Source: Nitrospirota bacterium
Lineage (GTDB): Bacteria > Nitrospirota > Thermodesulfovibrionia > Thermodesulfovibrionales > Dissulfurispiraceae
Reading direction: 5' to 3'
NCBI GenBank assembly: GCA_963710375.1
Contig: CAVPZX010000007.1
Coordinates: forward strand, 1 to 64,000
Length of the DNA: 64,000 nucleotides
A program made the translations under genes and the position numbers. The notes beneath the pieces are model-generated. The model was not told where the DNA came from. It worked only from the letters and a program-made list of their open reading frames with translations, and searched no databases. Below are positions 30,184-39,676 of the stretch, one piece after another (position 1 is the stretch's first letter; each line of letters begins with the position of its first letter).

Positions 30184-30522
30184 ATGGATATCGAACACTA
30201 TTCATTCGGAAAGATTGTCATTAAGGGCAATAGGTATTCCAAAGATGTTATCATCTTCTCCGACAGGGTTCTTTCACCCTGGTGGAGACAAGAGGGGCAT
30301 TACCTCAGGATAGAAGACCTCGAGGAGGCACTCAAAGAAGAACCGGAGGTGCTTGTGATTGGGAAGGGATATTTTGGTATGATGGCAGTACCGGATGAGC
30401 TTGTAGCAAAACTCAGCAGTAATGGTATCCAGATAATCGCACAAAAATCTTCAGAGGCAGTAAAGACTTTTAACAATCTGAGCACTAAAAAAAAGATTGC
30501 GGCCCTCCACCTTACCTGCTGA
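30184..30522 (+). CDS. Mth938-like (DUF498) protein
   Basis: IEHYSFGKI, WWR.EGH, VIG.G..G.M, AALHLTC. Confidence 0.88.
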   Translation: MDIEHYSFGKIVIKGNRYSKDVIIFSDRVLSPWWRQEGHYLRIEDLEEALKEEPEVLVIGKGYFGMMAVPDELVAKLSSNGIQIIAQKSSEAVKTFNNLSTKKKIAALHLTC

Positions 30523-30559
30523 AACATACCTATTACCTATCACCAATCACCAATTCGGC

Positions 30560-31096
30560 TCAGCCTCTTGATAGATAAAGAAGCAGGGCCCTTGCTATCG
30601 AGAAAAGTCGCAAGTAACGGTCATCATAATAGTCCCTGTATGTGTGGGGGAGAGAGACGTAACGCTCTTTGTCTTTGCTGTACGACAGTGTTACCTCGGC
30701 AAATATCCCGTCTGTAAGATATATCCTGTGCGAGTAGTCCTTTGTCGAAGCGAGCACCAGCTTTGCGAAAGTAAGATAGCCGGGGTCCAGGTTTATCGTT
30801 CTTTTTCCATTAACCGACAATGAATTTTCAATCTCGCAGGTTTTCAACTTGGCTGCAGCAAGGCGGTCTTGTTCTATCAGTTCCTTGAAAAAAATGAATC
30901 TCCGGAAGATTGGCTCCCCCAGTTCCTCTTTATAATGCTCTGAGAAATCCCATTGAATGGCAGGGCTTTCCATAAGCACTTCACCGAAGCAATCTTCAAG
31001 ATGATGGAGTGATTTGATATAAATGTCTTCCTTTGAAAACAGCGCTCCGACAAGGAGAAGAGCATTTTCGGGAGGTGTTGGGACTCGTCGCCTCAT
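30560..31096 (-). CDS. DUF4416 family protein
   Basis: RTINLDPGY...LVLASTKDYSHRIYL..GIFAE. Confidence 0.85.
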   Translation of the reverse strand: MRRRVPTPPENALLLVGALFSKEDIYIKSLHHLEDCFGEVLMESPAIQWDFSEHYKEELGEPIFRRFIFFKELIEQDRLAAAKLKTCEIENSLSVNGKRTINLDPGYLTFAKLVLASTKDYSHRIYLTDGIFAEVTLSYSKDKERYVSLPHTYRDYYDDRYLRLFSIARALLLYLSRG

Positions 31097-31102
31097 TGAC
31101 GG

Positions 31103-31627
31103 CTATTCGTTTTCGAGGCGTGTCAGTGTGGCCCTTATGTCAGGCGAGTCCCATTGCAGCGGACCTACTACGTGGTGTTTGAGGGTACCTTTCTTATCTA
31201 TAATAAAGGTTTCAGGCACGCCGGTAATGCCGTAAAGCTTGGCTGTGTCGCTGGTATCGATGAGTACGGGAAAAGCAAAACCTTTCGCTTTCAGGTACTC
31301 AAGCGCTTTTTCCTGGCCGTCATTGTAAAGCACAGATATAAAAATCAGCTTGCTATTGCCTTTTTCGATGTCGATCAGGCTCTGAATAGAGGGAAGTTCT
31401 TCCTTGCACGTTTCACACCAGGAGGCCCAAAAATTCAGAAGTACCACTCTTCCCCTGAGATCGGCAAGCCTCCACAGCTTGCCGTCAGTGTCTTTAAGCT
31501 CGAAGGCAGGTGCCTCAAGGCCGACCGCTGCCTTGCTGACAGGATGTTCCCGGTTTTTTAAAGCTAAGATGATTCCGATAACGCCAAGAACCAGAATAAC
31601 TGCGAGAATGACCCCTTTCGATTTCAC
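31103..31627 (-). CDS. TlpA/ResA-like membrane-anchored thiol:disulfide oxidoreductase
   Basis: N-terminal TM, NFWASWCETC, GVPETFIID. Confidence 0.9.
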   Translation of the reverse strand: MKSKGVILAVILVLGVIGIILALKNREHPVSKAAVGLEAPAFELKDTDGKLWRLADLRGRVVLLNFWASWCETCKEELPSIQSLIDIEKGNSKLIFISVLYNDGQEKALEYLKAKGFAFPVLIDTSDTAKLYGITGVPETFIIDKKGTLKHHVVGPLQWDSPDIRATLTRLENE

Positions 31628-31642
31628 AGACTCAGGGCTCGC

Positions 31643-34094
31643 CTAATTTACCGAAACGAGCATCGAGGTCTCGGCTTCTTTAAAAACCAGCTTGTCCTCC
31701 TCTAACACGACTGTCACTAAGGAAGTATTCTTGAACTTGTTCTTAATGAGGTCTTCTGAAAGAGGGTCCTCAATTTCACGGTAAATCGCCCTGCGCATAG
31801 GCCGGGCCCCATATGTAGGCTGATAATATTTGTTGAGCAGCCATTCCTTGACCTCTGGAGACACATCGACCGTCAAAGCGTGTTCGGCCAGCTTCTTATT
31901 GGTTTCAACAAGCAGCAGATCGATAATAGACAGCAGATGTTCCTTCTCCAGTTGGTGGAAGACCACAGTCTCGTCGACACGGTTCAGGAATTCGGGATTA
32001 AAGGTCTTCTTGAGTTCGGACAACACATTTTCTTTGATCTTATCATACGCACTATCGGAAGTTACGTTGTGAAAGCCTAGCGGTGTTGCCTTTTCGATGA
32101 TCCGTGCTCCGAGGTTGGAGGTCATAATAATAATAGTGTTTCTGAAATCGATCTTCCTCCCGTAACTATCCGTAAGAACACCCTCGTCAAGGATCTGCAA
32201 CAGCGTATTGAACACATCCTGATGCGCCTTCTCGATCTCATCAAAAAGTATTACGGAATAGGGCCGCTTCCTGATTTTCTCGGTCAGCTGTCCACCTTCC
32301 TCATAGCCCACATAGCCCGGAGGCGAGCCTGTCAGTCGCGACACGTTGAAACGCTCCATATATTCCGACATATCGACTTTAACAAGAGCGCTTTCATCGT
32401 TGAACATGAACTCGGCAAGGGCCTTTGCAAGCTCTGTTTTGCCGACGCCGGTGGGTCCCAGGAAGAAGAACGAGCCGATAGGCCTGTTTTTGCTCTTCAG
32501 TCCGGCACGCGATCTGCGGATAGCCCGGGCAACAGCCCTTAACCCTTCATCTTGTCCTATAATACGCTGGTGAAGGACTTCTTCCATTTTCAAAAGCTTC
32601 TCCGATTCAGTCTCTTCAAGCTTGTGCAAAGGGATGCCGGTCATTTTTGAAACAGTATAGGAGACATCCTCCTCACTCACAGATGGAATCTCTTTGGACA
32701 ATGAGTCCTTCCATTTCTTATATTGAAGCTCGTAGGTCTTTTTCAGCTTGTCTTCCTCTGCCCTGACGGTCTGGGCCTTGTCGATATCGTGCAGACGGAC
32801 ATAGAGGCTTTTTTCTTTCGAAAGCTGGATCAGCTCGGTCTCCATGTCTCTCAATTCCTGCGGCATGGTTGCCCTTTTGAGCTTGATTCTCGATCCGGTT
32901 TCATCTATTACATCGATTGCCTTGTCAGGGAGAAACCTGTCGGTAATATACCTGTCGGATAACTTAACGGCAGCCACTACCGATTCGTCACTAATCTTGA
33001 CTTTATGGTGCTCTTCATAACGGGGCCGTAAACCCTTCAGGATATCTATAGTCGTTTCAGCGGCAGGAGGCTGGATGTATATTGACTGGAACCTGCGTTC
33101 CAGCGCCCCGTCCTTCTCGATATACTTTCTGTACTCGGAGGGCGTTGTCGCTCCGATGCACTGCATCTCACCCCTTGACAGGGCGGGTTTCAACATATTG
33201 GAGGCATCGACCGATCCTTCAGCCGCACCTGCTCCGATAAGCGTGTGGAACTCATCGATAAAGATAATAATATTTTCGGACTGGAGAATTTCACGCATAA
33301 CGGCCTTGAGCCTTTCTTCAAACTGTCCCCGATATTTTGTGCCCGCAATAAGGGCGCCGAGATCCAGCGAAATAATTCTCTTGCCCAATAGGCTGTCAGG
33401 CACATCGCCTAAAACGATTTTCTGGGCGAGACCCTCAACAATTGCGGTCTTGCCGACGCCGGGTTCGCCGATGATGGCAGGATTATTTTTTATCCTCCTG
33501 CCCAAGATTTGCAGCACCCTCTCTATTTCATCCTCACGGCCTATCACAGGATCAAGTTTCCCTTCTATCGCAAGCAAGGTCAAGTCCCTGCCAAATTCGT
33601 CCAGGGCAGGAGTATTGGTTTTCCGCCGCTCTTTCTGGTTTGGCTGCTGGAACTGCGGTTTAATAGCAAGGTTAATAGTGAGCCTGCCTGGCAGCAAGAA
33701 GGTTTGCTCCCAGATTTCTTATTACTTTTCCGGCAACGCCTTCGTCCTCCCTTACTATACCCAGAAGAAGGTGCTCACTGCCGATATAGTTATGGCCCAG
33801 AAGCCTGGCTTCTTCAATAGCTAGCTCAAGTACCTTCTTTGCGCGGGGAGTAAAGGGGATGTCGCCGAACGTAAGGAGACTGCCTCCAATAGGAAGGTTT
33901 TTTTCGACTTCGAACTTTATCTCATCAACAGTAAGCCCCATTTTTTTTATGATGGTAATGGGAATACTGTCTTCCTCTCTTAATATCGCCAGCAGAAGAT
34001 GTTCGGTACCCAGGTAGTCGTTATTGCGCCTTTCCGCCTCTTCCTTAGCATATATGATGATTTTCCTGCCTCTTTCTGTAAACTTTTCAAACAT
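31643..34094 (-). CDS. clpC: ATP-dependent Clp protease ATPase ClpC, +1 frameshift near 33684
   Basis: Clp-N repeats (33672-34094) and two AAA modules (GEPGVGKT, GPTGVGKT), UVR-like middle domain, LGF loop; an extra G in CAGG-CTC splits the frame. Confidence 0.9.
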
Positions 34095-34193
34095 TTTTTC
34101 TCTCCTTGCAAATCACGCCTGTTAAATATCAACCCTTAAAAAAATTCTACTCTTTGTACAGCGTTAATGTCAACTAAACCGCCAATTCGCTTA

Positions 34194-34274
34194 AAATTTT
34201 GAATGCTGAATGCTAAATTTTGAATTAATGAAAAAGTCCATAATTTATCATTTAAAATTCAACATTCAACATTT
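34194..34274. repeat. inverted heptamer tandem repeat element
   Basis: aaattttgaatgctgaatgctaaattttgaatt ... tttaaaattcaacattcaacattt. Confidence 0.7.
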
Positions 34275-34318
34275 CTTTGTTCTTGTATTCTTCTTTACCT
34301 ATTATATATCTTTAAAGC

Positions 34319-36289
34319 ATGTATGTAAACGTGGTCTTTCCACTGAAAATACCTCCCCTTACTTATAAGGCCCCTTACGGAGCGCCTGCTGATCTTAGAG
34401 GAAGAATAGTACGGGCTCCGCTGATGGGGAGAAGCATCCGCGGTCTTGTCATGAGCACCAGCGAAAAGCCGGAAATGCTGATAAAAAAAGATATCAGGGA
34501 GATCCAGGAAATTTATCAAAATGTTATGTCAACCAGCGGCATTGCATTTCTGCAATGGCTGGCAGACTACTATCTCACTCCCGTGGGCACAGCTCTCAGA
34601 AGCAGTTTTTTTGAAGAGATTGCATCCATAGTGACGCAAGGGACAGAAGAGCAGGCGGCTGAGGGCGGGCCGGGGGGACATGCTATAATTCCGTGCGAAT
34701 CTGCAGATAATGCCGCGGTATCAGCTATCTGCACAAGCATCAGCAAGCATGGATACCGCTCATTCCTTTACCGCGCAGAGTCCTCAGGCGAAGAGAGAGC
34801 ATTATTAATCTCGGCACTGACGCGTTTGAAGGACTCTCTTCGTCATGCGGTCATACTCGCGCCTGAAATTGCGCACCTGGAGTACATCGTATCACCCCTC
34901 AAAGACCTTTTCGGTGAGCGTGTTTGTGTGCTACACAGTAAACTTTCGAGAAAAGAGACTGCAGCTGCACTCAAAAGAATCATCACAGATGTATCGGACA
35001 TTGTTGTCGGGACGCGTTCCGCTATCCTTGCGCCTCTCAGGAAGGTTTCATTTATAGCAGTGCTGGCCGAGCACAGCCGTTCATATAAGGCGGAAGAGGG
35101 GCTCAGATACAGCGGAAGGGACATAGCTGTCATGAGGGGGTTTCACGAAAAGGCATGCGTTCTTCTTTCTTCAATCTGTCCGTCGGTGGAATCTGTATAT
35201 AATGTGAGTGTCGGCAAATATGTGATGCTTGAAAATGATAGACATATGTCGAAAGAGGGGCGTGCAGAACGACCTAAAATAAAAATTATCGCTATGGGCG
35301 GCGCAAGGGGCGACCGTATGATTTTGGCCTCTGAACCCATTAAGGAAGCCAAACGCCTTGCCTCGCTGAATGAGCGGTTCCTTTTTCTGTCGAGCAGGAA
35401 AGGCTATTCGTTGCTGCGCTGTGAGGATTGCGGATTTGTGGAGCGGTGCGGGTTATGTGATGTGCCTCTTGTGTTTCATAAGGGAGAGGACGTCCTGAAA
35501 TGCCAGTACTGTGGGTCCGCAGAGAAAAGCTCTGTATCGTGCAGTCAGTGCGGAGGAACCGCGATAGGGGCTTATGGCGCCGGCACTGAGAGGGTCAAAG
35601 AGCAGGTCGAGAAATTGCTGAAAGCCGAGGCCCTGCTTGTTGAAAAAGGCAGGTCTGTTGGCCGTGTCATCACTGAGGACGGGGATGACCTTGCTGCACT
35701 CGTGGTCGGCACCTCTTATGCAAAGGGTCTGGCTTACAAAAAAAGTGCCGAGCAAAGGCCATTTGGCGCAGCTGCTTTTCTTAATACGGACGCACTCCTT
35801 TTACAGCCGGACTTCCGGCTCTACGAGAGGGCGTTTCAGGAGATAATTACAGTTGCCCAGCTAGTCAAGAGGGACGGCACTGTATTTCTTCAGACGAAAA
35901 TGCCTCAGAACAATGTATTGCGTTTTATCAGGGCCTATGATTTCGACGGCTTTTACCGTTATGAGCTGGAACAGCGGAAAGCTTTTAATAATCCTCCTTA
36001 TACGAAGCTCGTACTTTTTACTGTACCTTTCCAGGACGTTCAGAAAGAGCCGGGACGGGTGCTGGACGAAATGCAACGTGCCGCAGGCGCACTAAGCTCC
36101 GGAACTGTGGAAGTCCTTGGTCCTGTGGAACTCCCGTATCATTCAAAGAAATATCACCGCTGCATACAGTTGCTTTTGAAGTCAAAGGACAGAAATGCGC
36201 TGCACGATGCGGCCAGGGCTGTGCTGAAGGGACTTGGGAAGATAAAAGGCGCAAAAATAGTTGTGGAAGTTGACCCTCTGAAAATCTAA
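34319..36289 (+). CDS. priA: primosomal protein N' (PriA) with degenerate helicase motifs
   Basis: N-terminal 3'-binding domain, LHSKLS, VVGTRSA, four CxxC, G.GTERV, PDFR..ER, PPY, GP, VDP. Confidence 0.85.
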   Translation: MYVNVVFPLKIPPLTYKAPYGAPADLRGRIVRAPLMGRSIRGLVMSTSEKPEMLIKKDIREIQEIYQNVMSTSGIAFLQWLADYYLTPVGTALRSSFFEEIASIVTQGTEEQAAEGGPGGHAIIPCESADNAAVSAICTSISKHGYRSFLYRAESSGEERALLISALTRLKDSLRHAVILAPEIAHLEYIVSPLKDLFGERVCVLHSKLSRKETAAALKRIITDVSDIVVGTRSAILAPLRKVSFIAVLAEHSRSYKAEEGLRYSGRDIAVMRGFHEKACVLLSSICPSVESVYNVSVGKYVMLENDRHMSKEGRAERPKIKIIAMGGARGDRMILASEPIKEAKRLASLNERFLFLSSRKGYSLLRCEDCGFVERCGLCDVPLVFHKGEDVLKCQYCGSAEKSSVSCSQCGGTAIGAYGAGTERVKEQVEKLLKAEALLVEKGRSVGRVITEDGDDLAALVVGTSYAKGLAYKKSAEQRPFGAAAFLNTDALLLQPDFRLYERAFQEIITVAQLVKRDGTVFLQTKMPQNNVLRFIRAYDFDGFYRYELEQRKAFNNPPYTKLVLFTVPFQDVQKEPGRVLDEMQRAAGALSSGTVEVLGPVELPYHSKKYHRCIQLLLKSKDRNALHDAARAVLKGLGKIKGAKIVVEVDPLKI

Positions 36290-36306
36290 TTTCCCTCAGC
36301 ATACAT

Positions 36307-36361
36307 CGCGTCGAAAAATATAAGGAAGGCAGGAGAAGGGTAGCACTTGTTTTTCGACGCG
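36307..36361. repeat. perfect 12-bp inverted repeat
   Basis: CGCGTCGAAAAA-N31-TTTTTCGACGCG between convergent genes. Confidence 0.6.
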
Positions 36362-36368
36362 CTGAAAG

Positions 36369-36461
36369 AGTGAATAGTGAAAGGTGAATGGTGAATAGTT
36401 AAAAGCTAAAGATTTTTTGTTTTACGTTTTTCCTTGAGCCGTTGACGATTCACTATTCACC
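36369..36461. repeat. inverted GTGAAnn heptamer repeat element
   Basis: gtgaata gtgaaag gtgaatg gtgaata ... ttcactattcac. Confidence 0.7.
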
Positions 36462-36466
36462 TCTCT

Positions 36467-37174
36467 TTATTTGTAGAATTTCAGCAACTTCTCAGCTGGG
36501 ATGCCCATGGAATATAGTGTTATCAGTGCCCAGTTTCTCAATGTACAGTAAATTACACCTTCTTTTTCCCATCTGCGGGGCGAGGTCCTAACTTTTTCTG
36601 AGATAATATAAATTTTGTCCCCCCTTCTTTTTATCCGCCGCATCAGTTCTACATCTTCCATTAATGGTATCTCCTTAAAATCACCTATCGAATGAAAATA
36701 ATCCTTACTTATGAATATTGCCTGGTCGCCGTAAGGTGCGCCTGTAAGGCGGGAACGCAGGGAGGCCGCAATTTCGATTAACCTGAAAATGGGCCTTTTG
36801 GATTTTATGCCTAAATCAAAGGCCCCACCCACGAAGTCTCCTTTCCGCATGACCGAGGAGATTTTATTCAGCGCATTTTTCGGCAGTTCCGTGTCTGCAT
36901 GCAAAAAAAGCAATATGTCTCCGCGGGCATTAATCGCACCTTGATTCATCTGATGCGCCCGTCCTTTTTTGCCGAGGATTTTTCGTACTTCACTCTTCTC
37001 GATGGCGCTTAGGGTTTCTCCATCAGGACTGCCATCGACGACTATAACTTCCACCTCTCCATCAAATGGCAGGTCAAAAATGCTGCCGATGGCCTCATTG
37101 ATCATCGTTTCCTCATGCAGCACAGGAACAATAATCGAGATTCTATAGTTAGTGTGTGCGCTCTGTGGTTTCAT
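36467..37174 (-). CDS. GT2 glycosyltransferase, TIGR04283 family
   Basis: SIIVPVL.E, VVDG, GRAHQMN.GA, FLHAD, PYGDQAIF, PLMEDVE, TSPRRW. Confidence 0.9.
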   Translation of the reverse strand: MKPQSAHTNYRISIIVPVLHEETMINEAIGSIFDLPFDGEVEVIVVDGSPDGETLSAIEKSEVRKILGKKGRAHQMNQGAINARGDILLFLHADTELPKNALNKISSVMRKGDFVGGAFDLGIKSKRPIFRLIEIAASLRSRLTGAPYGDQAIFISKDYFHSIGDFKEIPLMEDVELMRRIKRRGDKIYIISEKVRTSPRRWEKEGVIYCTLRNWALITLYSMGIPAEKLLKFYK

Positions 37175-37790
37175 TTTTTCCCTTGCTTTTTAATAGCAAC
37201 AACAGATCATCAAAGGTATCGACATCATTTAATACTCTCAGGACATGAACACTGAGGCCGGATTTCCCCAAAACTTTCATTGTTTGACGAAACACGGAAT
37301 CAGTGCTCCATTCAATCCCCTGAAAAATATCAGGCAGAAAGGAGGTCTTGTTAAAGCCTATTAAATAATATCCTCCGTCATGAGCAGGGCCGATTACCGA
37401 GTCGCTGGAATCGAGGGCCTTAAACGCTTCATTAATTAATGAAATTGACAGATCGGGAATATCACTGCCGACGAGCAAAACTTTTTCAATGCCGTCTGAA
37501 AAGGCCTGAACAAAAGCACTCCACATTCTTTCGCCGAGATCTCTCCCTTGTTGAGGAGCATAGTAAAACGAATCCCCCAGCCAGCTTTTGATAATTTCGC
37601 CGGATTCGGGCGGATAAAAGCAAAGCCTGAAAAGATAGTTACCGTCCTTCAGGCCTTCCAAAGTGTTGAATGCGAGGCATTTATAGACATCAAGCGCCGC
37701 ATCTTCACCAATTGCCTTTGCCAGGCGGGATTTAACTTTTCCCTTTTCAGGTGATTTTATGAATAGCAGGACTGCTGAACGGTCAGACAT
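37149..37790 (-). CDS. glycosyltransferase-like protein, TIGR04282 (DUF2064) family
   Basis: K.P..GKVKSRL, DLGERM, GSDIP, GPA.DGGYYLIG, WST, DVDT. Confidence 0.9.
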   Translation of the reverse strand: MSDRSAVLLFIKSPEKGKVKSRLAKAIGEDAALDVYKCLAFNTLEGLKDGNYLFRLCFYPPESGEIIKSWLGDSFYYAPQQGRDLGERMWSAFVQAFSDGIEKVLLVGSDIPDLSISLINEAFKALDSSDSVIGPAHDGGYYLIGFNKTSFLPDIFQGIEWSTDSVFRQTMKVLGKSGLSVHVLRVLNDVDTFDDLLLLLKSKGKNETTERTH

Positions 37791-37805
37791 ATTTTCCAAA
37801 AAATA

Positions 37806-37879
37806 AACCACAGAGAACACAGAGCTTCTTGGGTTTTTTTTCTGTATCAATAAAGAATCTCTCTGTGAACTCTGCGGTT
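37806..37879. repeat. inverted CACAGAG repeat element
   Basis: aaccacagagaacacagag ... ctctgtgaactctgcggtt. Confidence 0.65.
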
Positions 37880-37898
37880 AAGTTATTTTGAAGCATTT

Positions 37899-38432
37899 TT
37901 ATTTCTTAAACAGTTTCAGGTACGTTCCATACCCCTCCTTTTCAAGGGCCTCTTTTGGAATGAAACGAAGTGCTGCCGAGTCCAGGCAGTAACGCTTATG
38001 GGTTGGAGGAGGGCCGTCATCAAAAACATGCCCTAGATGCGAGTCAGCGTAAAAGCTCCTCACCTCTTTCCTTTTTGTAAAGAAAGTCCAGTCGTCTTTA
38101 TAAACAATATTTCCAGGTTCCAGAGGTTTTGTGAAGCTCGGCCATCCGGTGCCTGAATCATACTTGTCAGTTGAAATGAATAGTGGTTCGCCCGAGACAA
38201 TGTCTACATAGATACCCTCCTTTTTGTTGTCCCAATATTCGTTGTGGAACGCAGGCTCGGTGTCATTTTTTTGCGTAACATTGTACTGCATCGGCGTCAA
38301 TATTTTCTTCAGTTCTTCCTGTGAAGGCTTCACGAAACCCTTGTCATTTCTTTCAGTGTCGGCTGCATGAGCGGACTGCATAAATATCACCCCCAATATA
38401 ATCATTAGGCACGGTATCATTCTACGGAACAT
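37899..38432 (-). CDS. msrB: exported methionine-R-sulfoxide reductase
   Basis: Signal peptide [35 protein letters not shown]. Confidence 0.93.
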   Translation of the reverse strand: MFRRMIPCLMIILGVIFMQSAHAADTERNDKGFVKPSQEELKKILTPMQYNVTQKNDTEPAFHNEYWDNKKEGIYVDIVSGEPLFISTDKYDSGTGWPSFTKPLEPGNIVYKDDWTFFTKRKEVRSFYADSHLGHVFDDGPPPTHKRYCLDSAALRFIPKEALEKEGYGTYLKLFKK

Positions 38433-38502
38433 AATTGTTCAGCCTCCTTTTTGTGCTTCCTATATATAATGATAGCACGGATCTACAACAAACTAAAGGG
38501 CT

Positions 38503-38548
38503 GTGAATAGTGGATAAAGACAGTGAAAGGTGAATAGTGAATGGTGAA
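38503..38548. repeat. GTGAAnn heptamer tandem repeat
   Basis: Same unit as at 36369 (gtgaaag gtgaata gtgaatg gtgaaaa). Confidence 0.6.
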
Positions 38549-38659
38549 AAAGGAAACGAGCAAAAAAGCAGTGAACTGATTGATTTGACAACACCGGCTT
38601 AATCTGCTATACATTTGTATAACCAGCGCTGATGAATTAACAGGAAGCAGACAAAATAC

Positions 38660-39004
38660 ATGGAGGACATGGGCATGAGTTTTAACAAATATACTTATTT
38701 ATTTTTATTTGCTGTCGTTTTTTTATGCGGAGGCTTTATTTATTCTTCAGTATCAGCAGAAGAGCCTAAAGATAAGTCTACTCTTGAGAAAAACAAAACA
38801 GAGATACTTAACGATATCGAGCTATTTGAGCATAGTGCGCACAGTACCAGGAGTTGTGTATCCGAAGCCAAAACCCCTGAGGAATTGAGGCGTTGTCCTA
38901 CAGAGGAATCAATACAGAAATATCAAAGAATTCAGGATGACCTGTTAGAAATAGGGATGACCCCTGATGAAAGAAGAATGTTCGAACTAAGACCACAGAG
39001 GTGA
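38660..39004 (+). CDS. exported hypothetical protein
   Basis: Signal peptide ending VSA-E; helical mature part with two Cys. Confidence 0.65.
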   Translation: MEDMGMSFNKYTYLFLFAVVFLCGGFIYSSVSAEEPKDKSTLEKNKTEILNDIELFEHSAHSTRSCVSEAKTPEELRRCPTEESIQKYQRIQDDLLEIGMTPDERRMFELRPQR

Positions 39005-39085
39005 ACAAAGCTTTTTTTCACACTCCTCAGGAAATTGCACGGCGTAACCTTTTGATTGTTTATATCGACTATATAATTAAAAAAT

Positions 39086-39188
39086 AAGGCAAAGGTTAAG
39101 GTTAAGGTTAAGAATGTAGGCAAGACTTCTTAATATCTTTTTTGCTTTCAGTCCATCTTTCTCAACCTTAACCTTTGCCTCAACCTGC
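39086..39188. repeat. inverted AAGGTT hexamer repeat element
   Basis: aaggcaaaggttaaggttaaggttaag ... ctcaaccttaacctttgcctcaacct. Confidence 0.7.
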
Positions 39189-39205
39189 TGTTATAAGGAG
39201 AAGTT

Positions 39206-39676
39206 ATGAAAACAAGAATATATTTCACAATATTAGCCCTGGGACTTTTGATGGTCTGTTTTGCGTCAGCCCAGCGGGTCCAGGCCGCGCTTGGCGGTTC
39301 TGTCAACTCGATCGAATCGGACAGAAAAGCAATGTCTGCAGTAAATAGAGGCGTGACAGCCGGCAATGGTTACACGGTCCAGGAGATATACTCGCCATCC
39401 AACACAGTGCGGGAATACGTTTCGCCATCAGGTATTGTATTCGGAATTGCCTGGAACGGGCTGGTCTACCCTGATGTCACTCAGCTTTTGGGCTCCTATA
39501 CAGACGAATATCAGAAAGCCCTGCAGCAGACCCCGCGTCAAAAAGGCAGCAGGCACCTGCGGGTGAAGTCGGCCGGTGCTGTTGTCGAGCAGTGGGGACA
39601 TATGAGGGACCTGAGGGGCAGGGCCTATGCCCCGGCCTTGATCCCGCCTGGCGTGAGCATTGATGAAATCAAGTAG
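39206..39676 (+). CDS. DUF2844 family exported protein
   Basis: Signal ending QA-ALGG, VREYVSPSG.VF.IAW.G...PD..QLLGSY, GHMR...GRAY.P. Confidence 0.85.
   Translation: MKTRIYFTILALGLLMVCFASAQRVQAALGGSVNSIESDRKAMSAVNRGVTAGNGYTVQEIYSPSNTVREYVSPSGIVFGIAWNGLVYPDVTQLLGSYTDEYQKALQQTPRQKGSRHLRVKSAGAVVEQWGHMRDLRGRAYAPALIPPGVSIDEIK

Noticed and set aside
33672..33700. Programmed frameshift in clpC
   Set aside because: No slippery sequence or stimulatory structure; same pattern as the other +1 lesions
36369..39188. CRISPR array
   Set aside because: Units are 6-9 nt with no unique spacers, and no cas genes are present
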